A DNA stretch of 31,170 nucleotides, taken from positions 1 to 31,170 of the IMG/VR virus record IMGVR_UViG_3300038675_000634, one strand, 5' to 3'. The stretch comes from a virus. Taxonomy: Duplodnaviria; Caudoviricetes. The notes under the pieces were generated by a model. That model was not told the origin of the DNA and made no database searches. It saw only the letters and a list, made by a program, of their open reading frames with translations. Made by a program: the position numbers and the translations under genes. Each line of letters begins with the position of its first letter. Positions within the stretch are counted from its first letter, which is position 1. Of this stretch, positions 1 to 8,845 are shown piece by piece.

Positions 1-202
1 GAGTGGTAACGAACTCTCCAGTATTACCTATTCTAATGCTTGTGCCGCCAGCAGGTGTTACAGTTGTTGCTTCCGATACTTTAACACGGACGAAATTTGA
101 GCCATCGCCAGAGGTTACAGTGAATGTGGCAGGTTTGTTGCCTGCGCCCCCCACCTTCCAGTGCGCTCCGAGACCCAGACCTAATCCAAGCTTTCCAATC
201 AT
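1..202 (-). CDS. 5' part of a putative tail/fibre-associated protein, truncated by the window edge
   Basis: Not in the ORF track. Manual translation from ATG at 202 gives MIGKLGLGLGLGAHWKVGGAGNKPATFTVTSGDGSNFVRVKVSEATTVTP..., open to position 1. A GGGGG SD-like sequence lies upstream. LGLGLGL starts are common in phage tail-associated proteins. Confidence 0.65.
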   Translation of the reverse strand, partial: MIGKLGLGLGLGAHWKVGGAGNKPATFTVTSGDGSNFVRVKVSEATTVTPAGGTSIRIGNTGEFVTT

Positions 203-264
203 TATTCCCCCAATCTAAAAGGCACGATATATTTAATAATAAACATCCTAAATCCTATATTAAA

Positions 265-513
265 TTAAATAATACAAATATATATAACATAAAAAGCCAG
301 ATTACCAGCCAGAAAGTCAGCCAGCGCATCCAGCCAATTCCAAAAGGTCGCTCTCCTTTTTTGCTCCAGCTCCCAAGCAATCGTGGCAAAAGTAAAACCG
401 ACCGCCATCAACCACTGAATTTGTTGTAACCCGAATATCAGGACTATAATGCCTGCTATAAATCCCACGACAATACCCACCGATAAGTGCTTCCAAACAT
501 TTTTAGGTCTCAT
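265..513 (-). CDS. small multi-TM membrane protein (VanZ/YfiM-like pattern), 82 aa
   Basis: Three hydrophobic segments; pattern KH...WE..Q...D..AD..AG; AAAGGAG SD at 521-527. Confidence 0.6.
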   Translation of the reverse strand: MRPKNVWKHLSVGIVVGFIAGIIVLIFGLQQIQWLMAVGFTFATIAWELEQKRRATFWNWLDALADFLAGNLAFYVIYICII

Positions 514-546
514 TTTTATTCTCCTTTAGATGTGACCATATAATTT

Positions 547-574
547 ATTATAATATCTATTATTCATAAAACAA
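547..574 (-). promoter_or_regulatory. possible sigma70-type promoter for the 82 aa membrane protein
   Basis: Minus strand TTGTTT-N16-TATAAT in an AT-rich intergenic gap. The -35 is weak. Confidence 0.3.
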
Positions 575-590
575 TATTTATGTGCAAACA

Positions 591-860
591 TCACGCCACC
601 AACTGCCTGAAAACAAAAAACTCAAAATGCAACCGCTGACCAACCGACAAAATGCTGTAATAGTCCAGCTCCGACACTATTGTATAATAATTCAACTTTC
701 GCCACCTGCCACGCCAAAAAATCTTTTCAGCTAAATATCTCCAAATATAATGGCTTTCCTCGCTGACAACGGGCAGGTCTATATACTTGCGCCTCACCCT
801 AATGCGAGGCACAATATAAACCTTGCCGTCCGAAACCACCATCCTTCTTATAACTTTCAT
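591..860 (-). CDS. hypothetical protein, 89 aa (distal tail module)
   Basis: Co-oriented, 15 nt after the upstream stop, AAAGG SD-like. Basic and aromatic-rich, no recognised motif. Confidence 0.55.
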   Translation of the reverse strand: MKVIRRMVVSDGKVYIVPRIRVRRKYIDLPVVSEESHYIWRYLAEKIFWRGRWRKLNYYTIVSELDYYSILSVGQRLHFEFFVFRQLVA

Positions 861-875
861 GTCCGACTATAACCT

Positions 876-2834
876 TTATACCTGACTAATTAAGGTCTCT
901 ATTTTAGGGTCAACTTCAGTAATATCGGGCGGATTAGATACGGTATAATTTAGGTCACCACCCGTGACTGGTATTTCTACATTATATGGGACATCTATGC
1001 CGTTCGCCTGACCGTCACGCACCGTGACAAATAAAAATACCGTACCGTTCACGAGGGTTATGGGTGAGCCAATCGCATTATAAATCGCATTATTGCCCGT
1101 AAAACTAATCTTGGCTGTATTTGTTCCATAAGATACGGACGCAGAAGGTGCTTTGAAATATCGGGCAGGCGACGCCGACCCAACAATCTGACCTGCAAGC
1201 GTGCCCGCATATCTCAAAAATAAACCATTTACAGGAATGAATAACTCACCCAAAATACGGTTCTTGATAAAAGCTGGAGTTATGCTCGGCATTTCAATCA
1301 GCACCTCCAAGCTCGTGCTTCTCCATATTCCGCCTGAGACAGCAAGAGAAGCTCCGGAAATAGAAATACATTCATCTATGCCCAGCATAAAATCAAAACT
1401 CTGCATTATCGTCGTCAGGGGATTGCCGTTAAATGTGCCCGTATAACTTACCACGACATTGCCTAACCAAGCGTGTGTTGAGTTCGCAGGAAGCCCGCAC
1501 ATTTCTTCTAAATCTTCCCTGCTCAATCTCTCAAAAATCGTGTCAATTTTATTACCGCCGTGCTCTATATTGCCTATCGTGACTGGCTCGGGTGGATTAG
1601 TTACGCTCTGTGTAGACCATGTATCGCCAGTATCTAACTTATATAAATGCAGGTTAACCGTTCTTTCAACTGCCGTAAAGTCCTCAATAGTCCCAGAACA
1701 ATCAATCTTGGCTTTAATGGAATGAATGACATCCGATAAAGAAGTAATAGTGTCGTCCATTATTATCATCGGCTCCACAGAACTGAAGGTCAAAGCAATC
1801 CTGTCCAGACCGTTTATAGGATATTCCTCACTGGTGCGAGCATCAATAAATTTCGCCATAATAACCGACGCACCACCAGTCGTGTAAGGAACAAAATAAC
1901 ACCGACGCCTGATAAAACTGCTTTTAACATCGTAAACATTCTGACCTGTGGTTGTTTTCTGGTCTTCATCACGATAAGCAAAAGTCCAGTCATGTATCAG
2001 CAATTCCTGTATTGACGCAGGCAACCCACTGTCTGCCTTGACCTCATCTAAAACGGTCTGCCCAAGAAACACACGACTGTCTACCATAGCTTTCTGACGC
2101 ATTAACTCATTATCGTAACAACCTATAATACTTTCTTTTAATAATACATAAGCACCATTAGAATTTGCCGTTATATTGTAGGGGGTCGGATTTTCTCCTT
2201 CGCCTCTAAACATTTCTTTTCCATCAATATCAAAGACCTGCCATTCGTTGGGAGCATATTCTTTGTCCGTGTCGGGCAAAAACTGGTAGGGCTGGTCAGC
2301 ATTGAGCACCGTCTCATAAAAACCATTCGCTTGCTGTGGAAACGACAATAATATTTCCTGCTCACCCGACTTGTAAGTAATCCGATAAAAGAACCTGACC
2401 CTGATAGGTAGCAGGACATTAATATTGGACGGAGAAGGCACAACATAAAACAACTCACCATCAATTCCCGTAATTCTTATTTCTTTCCAATGCTCGCTTT
2501 CAACATCGTCTAATATGTAATAATTGATACCAATTGCCGTCTGTATCTCGGGCAGAAGCAAGAATTTTTCCAGGAACTGCTGGTAAATCAGGTCAATGTC
2601 AATGGACGGACTATAATTCTCACCAGCAAAAATGTCAAACTTGAGATAGTTATCAATGGGCGCAAGCGGGTTGATTGCGGCGTCCGTAAAAGTTGCCGTC
2701 CCTTCTTTGATAATCGCTCCAAAGAACCTGCCCTTATTTTCTTTTATTCCTACATTATTTAATCTTTCATCCAAATAATCTTTATCATAAAAGAATATCT
2801 GCGGATAAACCTCTATTTTTGTAATGTAAGCCAT
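876..2834 (-). CDS. large putative minor tail/structural protein (~652 aa)
   Basis: Long beta-rich ORF in the tail module. Start reassigned to ATG 2834 (MAYITKIEV), which follows a GGGGAG SD-like sequence. Confidence 0.65.
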   Translation of the reverse strand: MAYITKIEVYPQIFFYDKDYLDERLNNVGIKENKGRFFGAIIKEGTATFTDAAINPLAPIDNYLKFDIFAGENYSPSIDIDLIYQQFLEKFLLLPEIQTAIGINYYILDDVESEHWKEIRITGIDGELFYVVPSPSNINVLLPIRVRFFYRITYKSGEQEILLSFPQQANGFYETVLNADQPYQFLPDTDKEYAPNEWQVFDIDGKEMFRGEGENPTPYNITANSNGAYVLLKESIIGCYDNELMRQKAMVDSRVFLGQTVLDEVKADSGLPASIQELLIHDWTFAYRDEDQKTTTGQNVYDVKSSFIRRRCYFVPYTTGGASVIMAKFIDARTSEEYPINGLDRIALTFSSVEPMIIMDDTITSLSDVIHSIKAKIDCSGTIEDFTAVERTVNLHLYKLDTGDTWSTQSVTNPPEPVTIGNIEHGGNKIDTIFERLSREDLEEMCGLPANSTHAWLGNVVVSYTGTFNGNPLTTIMQSFDFMLGIDECISISGASLAVSGGIWRSTSLEVLIEMPSITPAFIKNRILGELFIPVNGLFLRYAGTLAGQIVGSASPARYFKAPSASVSYGTNTAKISFTGNNAIYNAIGSPITLVNGTVFLFVTVRDGQANGIDVPYNVEIPVTGGDLNYTVSNPPDITEVDPKIETLISQV

Positions 2835-2836
2835 CT

Positions 2837-2929
2837 CTATCTCTCCCCGTCTTCCAATAACGAACATCCATGACAATAAATCAGTTTAGTCATTTTAATG
2901 CCCGTCATAAAAATTGTAGTATCCATCAT
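2837..2929 (-). CDS. putative 30 aa small protein with CxxC (MMDTTIFMTGIKMTKLIYCHGCSLLEDGER)
   Basis: Manual translation. AAGGAG SD precedes ATGATG; the stop lies 2 nt before the next ATG. Confidence 0.4.
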   Translation of the reverse strand: MMDTTIFMTGIKMTKLIYCHGCSLLEDGER

Positions 2930-2946
2930 CTTTCTCCTTCATTTAT

Positions 2947-2976
2947 CTTCTTATTAAAGAAGTAATAAAATGTCAA
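2947..2976 (-). promoter_or_regulatory. candidate internal promoter with overlapping inverted repeat
   Basis: TTGACA at 2976-2971. The CTTCTT-TAAT-AAGAAG palindrome (2947-2962) covers the expected -10, which is a weak match. Confidence 0.35.
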
Positions 2977-2984
2977 GTTCTTTA

Positions 2985-4202
2985 TTAGTTATGCACATAT
3001 ATTGCAACATAAACAGCACCGCACCCGCCACGACCGCCAGTCCTGAAACTATTAGAACCGCCACCCCCGCCTGCGCCCGTATAATCCTGACCAGCACCCG
3101 CAGGAAATTCATTACCTGCACCATTACCACCACCTAAACTACCACCCTCATTGAACGAAACCAAATTCCTGCCACCCGAGCCACCACCGCCCGCAATAAT
3201 AAACGCAAATAATTCATTTACATCACCCATACTATATCCTTCGCCACCCTTGCCCGAATAAAGACCAGAATGACCATTCGTAGAAGCACTTGCACCACCA
3301 CCACCTCGCAGGTCATTTCCGCTCTCGTATCCGTCACCGCCTGCATGATAATTAGCATTTACTCCGCCGTGTCCGTTACTTGCACCGCCTCCACAGTGAC
3401 CAGCTTCATTCCCGCCATCAGATATATTAGCGTCATAATCAGGCAATCCAGCACCGCCACCATTGCCACCTTTAGCTGACCAAGTTCCGTTCTCGCCTTG
3501 TATTGTAGTATCCTGACCTGCCTGACCCCTCTGACCAGCCAAACCGCCCGCACCACCTGCGCCAATATGGATGTTATATGTCTCACCTACAACAGGACTA
3601 AAACCACCCGGCTCGCCCGTCACGACAAAATCACCACTTGCACCACCTCCGCCGGGTTTATTAGTATCGGCGCCGACACCGCCTCCGCCACCTCCGCCAC
3701 CAATCATGACGGTAATAATGTTCTCGGGATAAGGTATATTATCAATAAGTCGGAAGCTCCCGTCCTCGTGGAAAGTGTAAATCCACCAAGAATAGTCAGG
3801 GTAGTCAGGGTCTGAAAACACCTCTATCGTCCCGCTCTCCGCATAGCCGAGCCGAACCGATATAATGTTACTATACTTGCCAAATATAATCCCGTTCGTG
3901 CTACATCTTAACTTATAATAGAAGGTCGTGCCTACAGACATGGTTAAATTATCAACTAAACAGGTAGACCCCGTCACCAGCTTACTATTAAAGCCAGGCA
4001 CGATATTATTAAATCCTGCGTCTCTGGCTACAGTTAAATAGCACAAAAATCCCGAAGGCGCTTCTTCCCAATTAGCGTAAAAGGAGTTCGCCTGCATAGA
4101 TGTGGCAGGTAGAGCCGTGACCACGGGAATTTCCAGCGCAGGAACATCGGCTCTTGGTATCCTGCGCAGGACTAACTTCAGGACAGGACTAACATTAGCC
4201 AT
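2985..4202 (-). CDS. FN3-like plus glycine-rich domain tail fibre/receptor-binding-like protein, 405 aa
   Basis: N-terminal FN3-like segment (ANWEEAP...YLTVARDAGF...TTFYYKLR...YSNIISV), followed by a Gly-rich domain (IGGGGGGG...YNIHIGAGGAGG...GGRGGCGAVYV) typical of phage tail proteins. Confidence 0.7.
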   Translation of the reverse strand: MANVSPVLKLVLRRIPRADVPALEIPVVTALPATSMQANSFYANWEEAPSGFLCYLTVARDAGFNNIVPGFNSKLVTGSTCLVDNLTMSVGTTFYYKLRCSTNGIIFGKYSNIISVRLGYAESGTIEVFSDPDYPDYSWWIYTFHEDGSFRLIDNIPYPENIITVMIGGGGGGGGVGADTNKPGGGGASGDFVVTGEPGGFSPVVGETYNIHIGAGGAGGLAGQRGQAGQDTTIQGENGTWSAKGGNGGGAGLPDYDANISDGGNEAGHCGGGASNGHGGVNANYHAGGDGYESGNDLRGGGGASASTNGHSGLYSGKGGEGYSMGDVNELFAFIIAGGGGSGGRNLVSFNEGGSLGGGNGAGNEFPAGAGQDYTGAGGGGGSNSFRTGGRGGCGAVYVAIYVHN

Positions 4203-4636
4203 TATTTGTAAGCAATAATAATCGTGTCGGTAGAGGTGGGTGGAATTTGTATCCGATTAAAGTAACCAAACACATAAATCGGCTGTTCTACAGTATTGAA
4301 CAGGGACATGTTCTTGCCCACACCCGCCACGACCACGCTCGTCTCATCATTGGCAAAGGTCGGTTTAGTCACGAGCTGGATAGCCGAATAGTTGCGTCTG
4401 TATCCCACTAACTTGACACTATCATTTCCCTTAAGAACGATATCGTCTTTAATCAGGATAGTAGCGGTCAGGACAGAACCTGCAGGCAGACCACTATTGT
4501 CTGCATCAACCGCCACGATATAAACAATCATGTCCTTCTTTAGTTTAGCTCCCGCCGTAAATGTCGTGACCTTAATAATGTCAAAGTCGTCGGGACACGC
4601 CTGAAATTGCTTCTGGTCAAAACTTCTTTCCTTCAT
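4202..4636 (-). CDS. hypothetical beta-rich structural protein, 144 aa
   Basis: 1 nt stop/start overlap with the downstream gene; AGGAG upstream. Confidence 0.65.
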   Translation of the reverse strand: MKERSFDQKQFQACPDDFDIIKVTTFTAGAKLKKDMIVYIVAVDADNSGLPAGSVLTATILIKDDIVLKGNDSVKLVGYRRNYSAIQLVTKPTFANDETSVVVAGVGKNMSLFNTVEQPIYVFGYFNRIQIPPTSTDTIIIAYK

Positions 4637-4637
4637 T

Positions 4638-4955
4638 TTAATCTCCTAACATACTTAAGTCCAGCCAACAGTCGTTTTCCTGGGCTTGAGCGGGCTCGTC
4701 AGCTTGGATATAAATATCCGCACCATAGACCCGACCACGCTCGTTAATCTCCGCAACTGCGTCAGTTAAAGCCAGGATTTGTGCAATTATCTCCTGATAG
4801 CTGGTTTCGGTTAAATCTTCTTTACTGTTAATTATGCTTTCTAACCTGCACTCCAGCTCTGCTGATTTGGAGGCGAGCAAGGACACGGCGCTCAAGACCT
4901 GCCTGAGCTGACGGTCAGTAGCCGACTTCTTTTCCGAGCTGGAAAGCTGTAACAT
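4638..4955 (-). CDS. coiled-coil tail-associated protein, 105 aa
   Basis: Heptad-like helix, then YIQADEPAQAQENDCWLD, resembling the P....GD.W.D motif of phage tail fibres. Confidence 0.6.
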   Translation of the reverse strand: MLQLSSSEKKSATDRQLRQVLSAVSLLASKSAELECRLESIINSKEDLTETSYQEIIAQILALTDAVAEINERGRVYGADIYIQADEPAQAQENDCWLDLSMLGD

Positions 4956-4957
4956 AA

Positions 4958-5662
4958 TTACCTAATCACATTAAAACTAATAGATATATTGTAGGTTACC
5001 TGTGACGACAGACCTTCCAATTTGATAGTGGCAACATTATTATTATCATCCGCAATCACGATAATCTTTTCCGTGCCCGACGAAACGAGCGAGAATTCAC
5101 GACTGTTAGATATGCTTCTCTTTTGTAACTGAACCTGACACTTGCCGACTGGGACACTATAACCGTTTAACCCGCACTTTTCAAGAATGTTGGCAATAGC
5201 GTAGGATTTTTCTGTGGAGAGCTGGTCGGTCGCAAAGCTGTCATCATAACAATAACGAGTTAATAGAATTCTGTCCTGCGAGCTTGTGTTGGCTTCCAAG
5301 CTTCCGACCCGCCCGTTCAGTCCATCAATCACGGTCTTAACATTCACATCCAGACCTTTGAGCAAATTCAGCTGTGCTCCCGTTACTTCACTATCTACAA
5401 GAACATTATTAATTTTTACACTTGATAAATTTTTATTAGTAATGTCTTGAGGGTCGTGCGTAGTCACCATAGAACCTGTCTCGTTCAATCCTATAGACCT
5501 GACCTCACCACCAACCACACCCAAAATATACTTCTTAATTTCGGCAAGCTTGATTTTATAGTTGGTGGCATTAGCAGTGTCGGCTATTACTAACATCCAA
5601 ATTCCCTGGAACTCTGCCTGAAGTCGTTCTACCAGCTGACTTATCTTTTTATCTTCTGCCAT
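4958..5662 (-). CDS. tail fibre-like protein, 234 aa
   Basis: N-terminal MAEDKKISQL, plus QDITNKNL and AQLNLLKGL segments seen in phage fibre proteins; GGGAG SD. Confidence 0.6.
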   Translation of the reverse strand: MAEDKKISQLVERLQAEFQGIWMLVIADTANATNYKIKLAEIKKYILGVVGGEVRSIGLNETGSMVTTHDPQDITNKNLSSVKINNVLVDSEVTGAQLNLLKGLDVNVKTVIDGLNGRVGSLEANTSSQDRILLTRYCYDDSFATDQLSTEKSYAIANILEKCGLNGYSVPVGKCQVQLQKRSISNSREFSLVSSGTEKIIVIADDNNNVATIKLEGLSSQVTYNISISFNVIR

Positions 5663-5678
5663 TTCTATCTCCCGTTTT

Positions 5679-5787
5679 ATCTTTATTGTTTATATATATA
5701 TATTTATTTATTATATATATATCTTTATTTCTTATATATATATATATCTATCTATTATATAATATATAAATATTATGTTATATAAAC
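5679..5787. repeat. AT-rich intergenic block with (TA)n tracts and imperfect direct repeats
   Basis: ATCTTTATT(GT/TC)TTATATATATATA occurs twice with a degenerate copy between. A GTTTATATA/TATATAAAC inverted pair sits at 5688-5696 and 5779-5787. Confidence 0.85.
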
Positions 5788-5801
5788 GAGCGCTATATTT
5801 T

Positions 5802-6413
5802 TTAGAGAACAAAATCTATCTCCGTCTCGCAGGTAATGGCGCCACCATCGTTCATCTCGGTTATAATCACGCCCGTCTCATCCTCTAATAAAATGCGGGT
5901 TCCAACGCCAGCATAACCAAGATTTATTGGCTCCTGCACGCAGGCAGATACAAACTCAAAGTTCATGACCTGCGCCACATTGGCGTCTTTCTTCAATTCT
6001 TTAAGCTTGAAGTTGCCCACGCAAATAGCGTCCATTATTATTCCATACTGATTATTGGCACGATACTGTATTTGCATGCGATACTCAAGCGGGTGCGCAT
6101 TTATCAGGTTTATGCAACTAATGAACGCCTTTATCATAGAAGCATTAGTTGACGAGGTAGGCGAGGGAACATTAGCCGCATTCACTAAACTAAAGTTAAT
6201 GCGCTTCCGATAACCATAAAAGTCCTTGATTAGTTTGTCATTGATGTTGGTAAAAATTTCGTTAGATTCCGACTCTTCGTCCTCTTCATTAAAGCCAAAA
6301 TTATAAATGCGCAGGCCTGTCGTGCCAACCTGTACATTATCACTGCGCCGAAACAGCTTTACTGTTATCATTCCTGCGTCGCCATTAAAGGCCGTATAAT
6401 TAGCGGGCATCAT
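5802..6413 (-). CDS. putative distal-tail (Dit-like) protein, 203 aa
   Basis: Size and position; GYRKRINFSL strand; C-terminal ILLEDETGVIITE motif; ATGA overlap with the upstream gene. Confidence 0.5.
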   Translation of the reverse strand: MMPANYTAFNGDAGMITVKLFRRSDNVQVGTTGLRIYNFGFNEEDEESESNEIFTNINDKLIKDFYGYRKRINFSLVNAANVPSPTSSTNASMIKAFISCINLINAHPLEYRMQIQYRANNQYGIIMDAICVGNFKLKELKKDANVAQVMNFEFVSACVQEPINLGYAGVGTRILLEDETGVIITEMNDGGAITCETEIDFVL

Positions 6414-8836
6414 CGTCTCCTAAACAGAAAGTTCTTACCAGTCACGATATACACTTCGTTATTTATTTCTATATTGTCAAGTATTTTAATTTCTTCCTGC
6501 TGATTATAGACCTGTATGTTCAGCTCTTTCACGGCAAGCTCACGCAACCGCATATAGTAAGACACAATGCTGGGCACGAACCGATTGTAGCCCGCAATAT
6601 ACTTGAGCTTGTCCGCATTAAATACTTCCCTGTCCAGCTCGTATTTTTCACTGATGGACAATATCTCGCCATCAATGGTCTTACATTCGCTGTCCGCTAT
6701 GTCGGCAAAATCAATCCTGCCCTCGGCGTCCGCAAACAGCAGGCGCTTACAACACTGAACAGCCATCATAAAAGCGTCCGAAGCAGAAATGTCCTGCAAT
6801 ATTTTATTGTCCAGTCCGTCCACGCCGTCGGGAATAGTAAAAGCAGGATTAGCGAACCTCGTCCTGTAAGGAAACGGGGTGCGAATGACCGTCTCTAAAA
6901 AGGTGCGCAGTGTCATGCCTGCCCGCTTGTCTGCCGCAATATAGTCGCCCATATCAAATTGCGAGAAAGCAAGAAAACCATCCATCTTTTCCAGATTATC
7001 TATCAGGACGCCCACGCCATCAATCGCCTCAAACGACACCGACTGCTTCTCTACCTGCACCGTTGAAAAATCAATAATGCCCGTAAATAATAGCGTATCG
7101 TCAATGTTGACCCTGAGATAAATATTAAGCAGACCCGACTTCTCTTTGCTATAAAATTTATCAAAATAGTCACGATAGATGTAAAGCCCGAAATTATCAA
7201 CCGCCTCGCCTGTCTCTATATCAAACAGAGGGATATTGTCAACATGTGTGTCGTCCGTCTCGTCCAGCAATTCCTCCATTACATAGATGTTATTGAAATA
7301 CATCCAGTTACTTTCACTATACCAGCCACCCGTCTTCAAAATGCTTTCCGACCTCTCGTCTGCAAATAACTCAAATGTGTTAGGGTCATCTAAAAAGAAC
7401 TTATATGACTGACTGGTCAGGTTAGTGCCAGGCACATAAAGGAGCGGTTGACCCTTATCTATCTGTTCTTGGGTCAGAGCTCTTATACGAAACTTGCGCT
7501 CTACAGGCACAAATAAACTGTCGGTCGGGACACTGGTCATGTCCGACACGACGGGTATACCTGACTCGGTCGTCTCGGTCTCTGTCCTGACCTGCGTCTT
7601 GCCAAACTGTATGCCCGCCACTCCAAAGTCCTTCTTGCAAAACGATATAGGCGTAGCAATCGTCGCCAGCCCGTCCAGTATCCTGTTTTTATTGGAAACA
7701 TATATGGTTCCGTTACTGCTCGTGTGCGCCACAACATTCGCAGGCACCAAATTATCGCTGTAAATATTGCCCGACAGCACGACCTGCGGAACTTTATAAA
7801 AAGGCACGAAAGTTCCTATACGACAAAAATTAAATGCTTCCTGTATGCCCGCACTATAACGATTTATCGTGCACAAAGAAATATCCTGATTACTATTAAA
7901 ATAAATCGTCTGAAGCTGACGAAACAGGTCATATTGAATAATAGACGACAAATATAAAGCCAGCGCAACACAACTACCGTAGCTTACATCCGTTATATTA
8001 GAATAGTCGGGTATATCCGATTTATTTATCCATTCCCAGTCATCTCCAGCCGTCTGAACACAAAAGCGTGTGACATTCGCATTATCACGCACCAGATGGT
8101 CGGCAAAACCGTTAATTGCCTGCTCAATATTATAATAACCCGCATAATCAAGCAATCTATAAAACCAGGGATATTTGAGAAAATTGACAAAAACATTTTG
8201 ACCATTGTCCGTGATATCGCCGTAACCTGACTTTATACTGTTCAAGTATTGCACCACTATCGCAGGCAGGTTGGCTTCATTATAAACAGTGCCAGGAGCA
8301 TTGAGACAACACATCTTGAGAAACATTGAACAAATAGTATCCATCGGCTCCAGCGAGAAGGTCGTCCCTATCCCGTTAGTTGAGCACCCGTGCATTATCG
8401 TTATCAAGACCTGATAAAATATACCCACCATCATTGCCGACTGACTGTATAAATCACCCTGACCAGCATCCTCGTCCCAACTCTGGGTCAGCCCGCTAAA
8501 ATGACGGGCAAACAACTTCTTCTCACTAAAAATAGACATCATGCGTGCATGGTCTATAAGTAAACAATCAAAATTCTCCTTAACGGCAGGAATGGTCGGC
8601 ACTAAAAAGTCAGGATTAGTTAAATATGACTTCAAAGTATTATTAAAGTTAACATTCTTATTCAATAACCTAACCGTTACTTTTGCACGCTTGGCTTCTA
8701 CTTGAAAATTGTCTAAACCAACAATCTGGTCATCATCTATGGACAGTCCTTCCATCGGAACTGCGTCGGTCAGGACGGTCGGGTCAACAATATTGACACC
8801 ATTCTCGTCCGTTAAAGATAATGCTATTCTACTCAT
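6410..8836 (-). CDS. putative tail hub/minor tail protein, 808 aa
   Basis: Immediately follows the tape measure; contains the hub-like segment LLFTGIIDF...SVSFEAIDGVGVL. Confidence 0.6.
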   Translation of the reverse strand: MSRIALSLTDENGVNIVDPTVLTDAVPMEGLSIDDDQIVGLDNFQVEAKRAKVTVRLLNKNVNFNNTLKSYLTNPDFLVPTIPAVKENFDCLLIDHARMMSIFSEKKLFARHFSGLTQSWDEDAGQGDLYSQSAMMVGIFYQVLITIMHGCSTNGIGTTFSLEPMDTICSMFLKMCCLNAPGTVYNEANLPAIVVQYLNSIKSGYGDITDNGQNVFVNFLKYPWFYRLLDYAGYYNIEQAINGFADHLVRDNANVTRFCVQTAGDDWEWINKSDIPDYSNITDVSYGSCVALALYLSSIIQYDLFRQLQTIYFNSNQDISLCTINRYSAGIQEAFNFCRIGTFVPFYKVPQVVLSGNIYSDNLVPANVVAHTSSNGTIYVSNKNRILDGLATIATPISFCKKDFGVAGIQFGKTQVRTETETTESGIPVVSDMTSVPTDSLFVPVERKFRIRALTQEQIDKGQPLLYVPGTNLTSQSYKFFLDDPNTFELFADERSESILKTGGWYSESNWMYFNNIYVMEELLDETDDTHVDNIPLFDIETGEAVDNFGLYIYRDYFDKFYSKEKSGLLNIYLRVNIDDTLLFTGIIDFSTVQVEKQSVSFEAIDGVGVLIDNLEKMDGFLAFSQFDMGDYIAADKRAGMTLRTFLETVIRTPFPYRTRFANPAFTIPDGVDGLDNKILQDISASDAFMMAVQCCKRLLFADAEGRIDFADIADSECKTIDGEILSISEKYELDREVFNADKLKYIAGYNRFVPSIVSYYMRLRELAVKELNIQVYNQQEEIKILDNIEINNEVYIVTGKNFLFRRR

Positions 8837-8845
8837 CTCTTGTCC

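Noticed and set aside
591-878. Stop-codon readthrough fusing the 652 aa and 89 aa ORFs, which share a frame
   Set aside because: Two in-frame stops (TAA and TAG) separate them, and the small ORF has its own SD-like sequence. There is no sign of genome-wide recoding, since genes are long in the standard code.
2835-2876. Longer start (MSWMFV...) for the 666 aa ORF
   Set aside because: The better SD-linked ATG is at 2834.
3000-3710. CCGCC/CCACC repeats as a repeat array or diversity-generating retroelement target
   Set aside because: Explained by glycine codons. No spacers, duplicate template region or reverse transcriptase were seen.
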